64,000 nucleotides of DNA. Source: Octopus bimaculoides. Its lineage: Eukaryota. The DNA lies in assembly GCF_001194135.2 (NCBI RefSeq), contig NC_068990.1, positions 2,006,184 to 2,070,183 on the forward strand. The letters run 5' to 3'. Both the position numbers and the translations under genes were made by a program. The notes beneath the pieces are model-generated. The model was not told where the DNA came from. It saw only the letters and a program-made list of their open reading frames with translations, and searched no databases. Shown one piece after another: positions 63,779 to 64,000 of this stretch. How positions within the stretch are numbered: the first letter of the stretch is position 1; each line of letters starts with the position of its first letter.

Positions 63779-63884
63779 GGGATCCTGACAAAAGCGCCCC
63801 CACGGACAAAAGCCCCCCACGGACAAAAGCCCCCCACGGACAAAAGCCCCCCACGGACAAAAGCCCCTCGGACAAAAGCTCCAC
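63779..63884. repeat. GGGATCC-headed minisatellite, six 15-18 bp GGACAAAAGCCCCCCAC units
   Basis: Directly visible; same head and unit style as 11845-11895. Confidence 0.9.
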
Positions 63885-64000
63885 TGTTATATTTTTTGTT
63901 ATTTATTTTTTCTTTTTACTTGTTGCAGTCATTAGACTGTGGCCATGCTGGGGCACCACCTTGAGGAATTTTTAGTATCGACCGCAGAAATTTTTTTTAA

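Noticed and set aside
63779-63884. CRISPR-like reading of the short direct repeats (also 57437-57495)
   Set aside because: No unique spacers, no cas genes and a eukaryotic context; these are minisatellites.

Overview
This is eukaryotic, AT-rich DNA dense in microsatellites and repeats, with several N-gaps from a draft assembly. The SINE families and overall repeat texture point to a cephalopod, probably Octopus (inference). Most of the ORF track is microsatellite or N-gap noise. The only host coding sequence I can support is two plus-strand, phase-0 exons (54682-54759 and 63305-63418) with strong splice sites. Their joined translation matches my recollection of the ciliary/flagellar protein CFAP65 (CCDC108), and an 8.5-kb intron separates them. 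A promoter-like, CpG-undepleted island at about 3.8-4.9 kb carries a CCAAT box and two RFX X-box-like motifs. The rest is transposon debris: an internally deleted Gypsy LTR element with both LTRs and a target-site duplication (13003-16325), many R4/Dong-like restriction-like-endonuclease (RLE) LINE fragments next to (TAA)n tracts, and L1/Tx1, RTE, HERO-like, Penelope-like and mariner fragments. There are also at least three tRNA-derived SINE families (often in head-to-tail arrays), several long fold-back hairpins/MITEs and a degenerate hammerhead-ribozyme-like motif. I found no convincing new biological system. The best leads are the unannotated RFX-type promoter, the intronic hairpins and the hammerhead-like motif. 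All family assignments come from motif recognition by eye, not database searches, and repeat boundaries are approximate unless termini are quoted.
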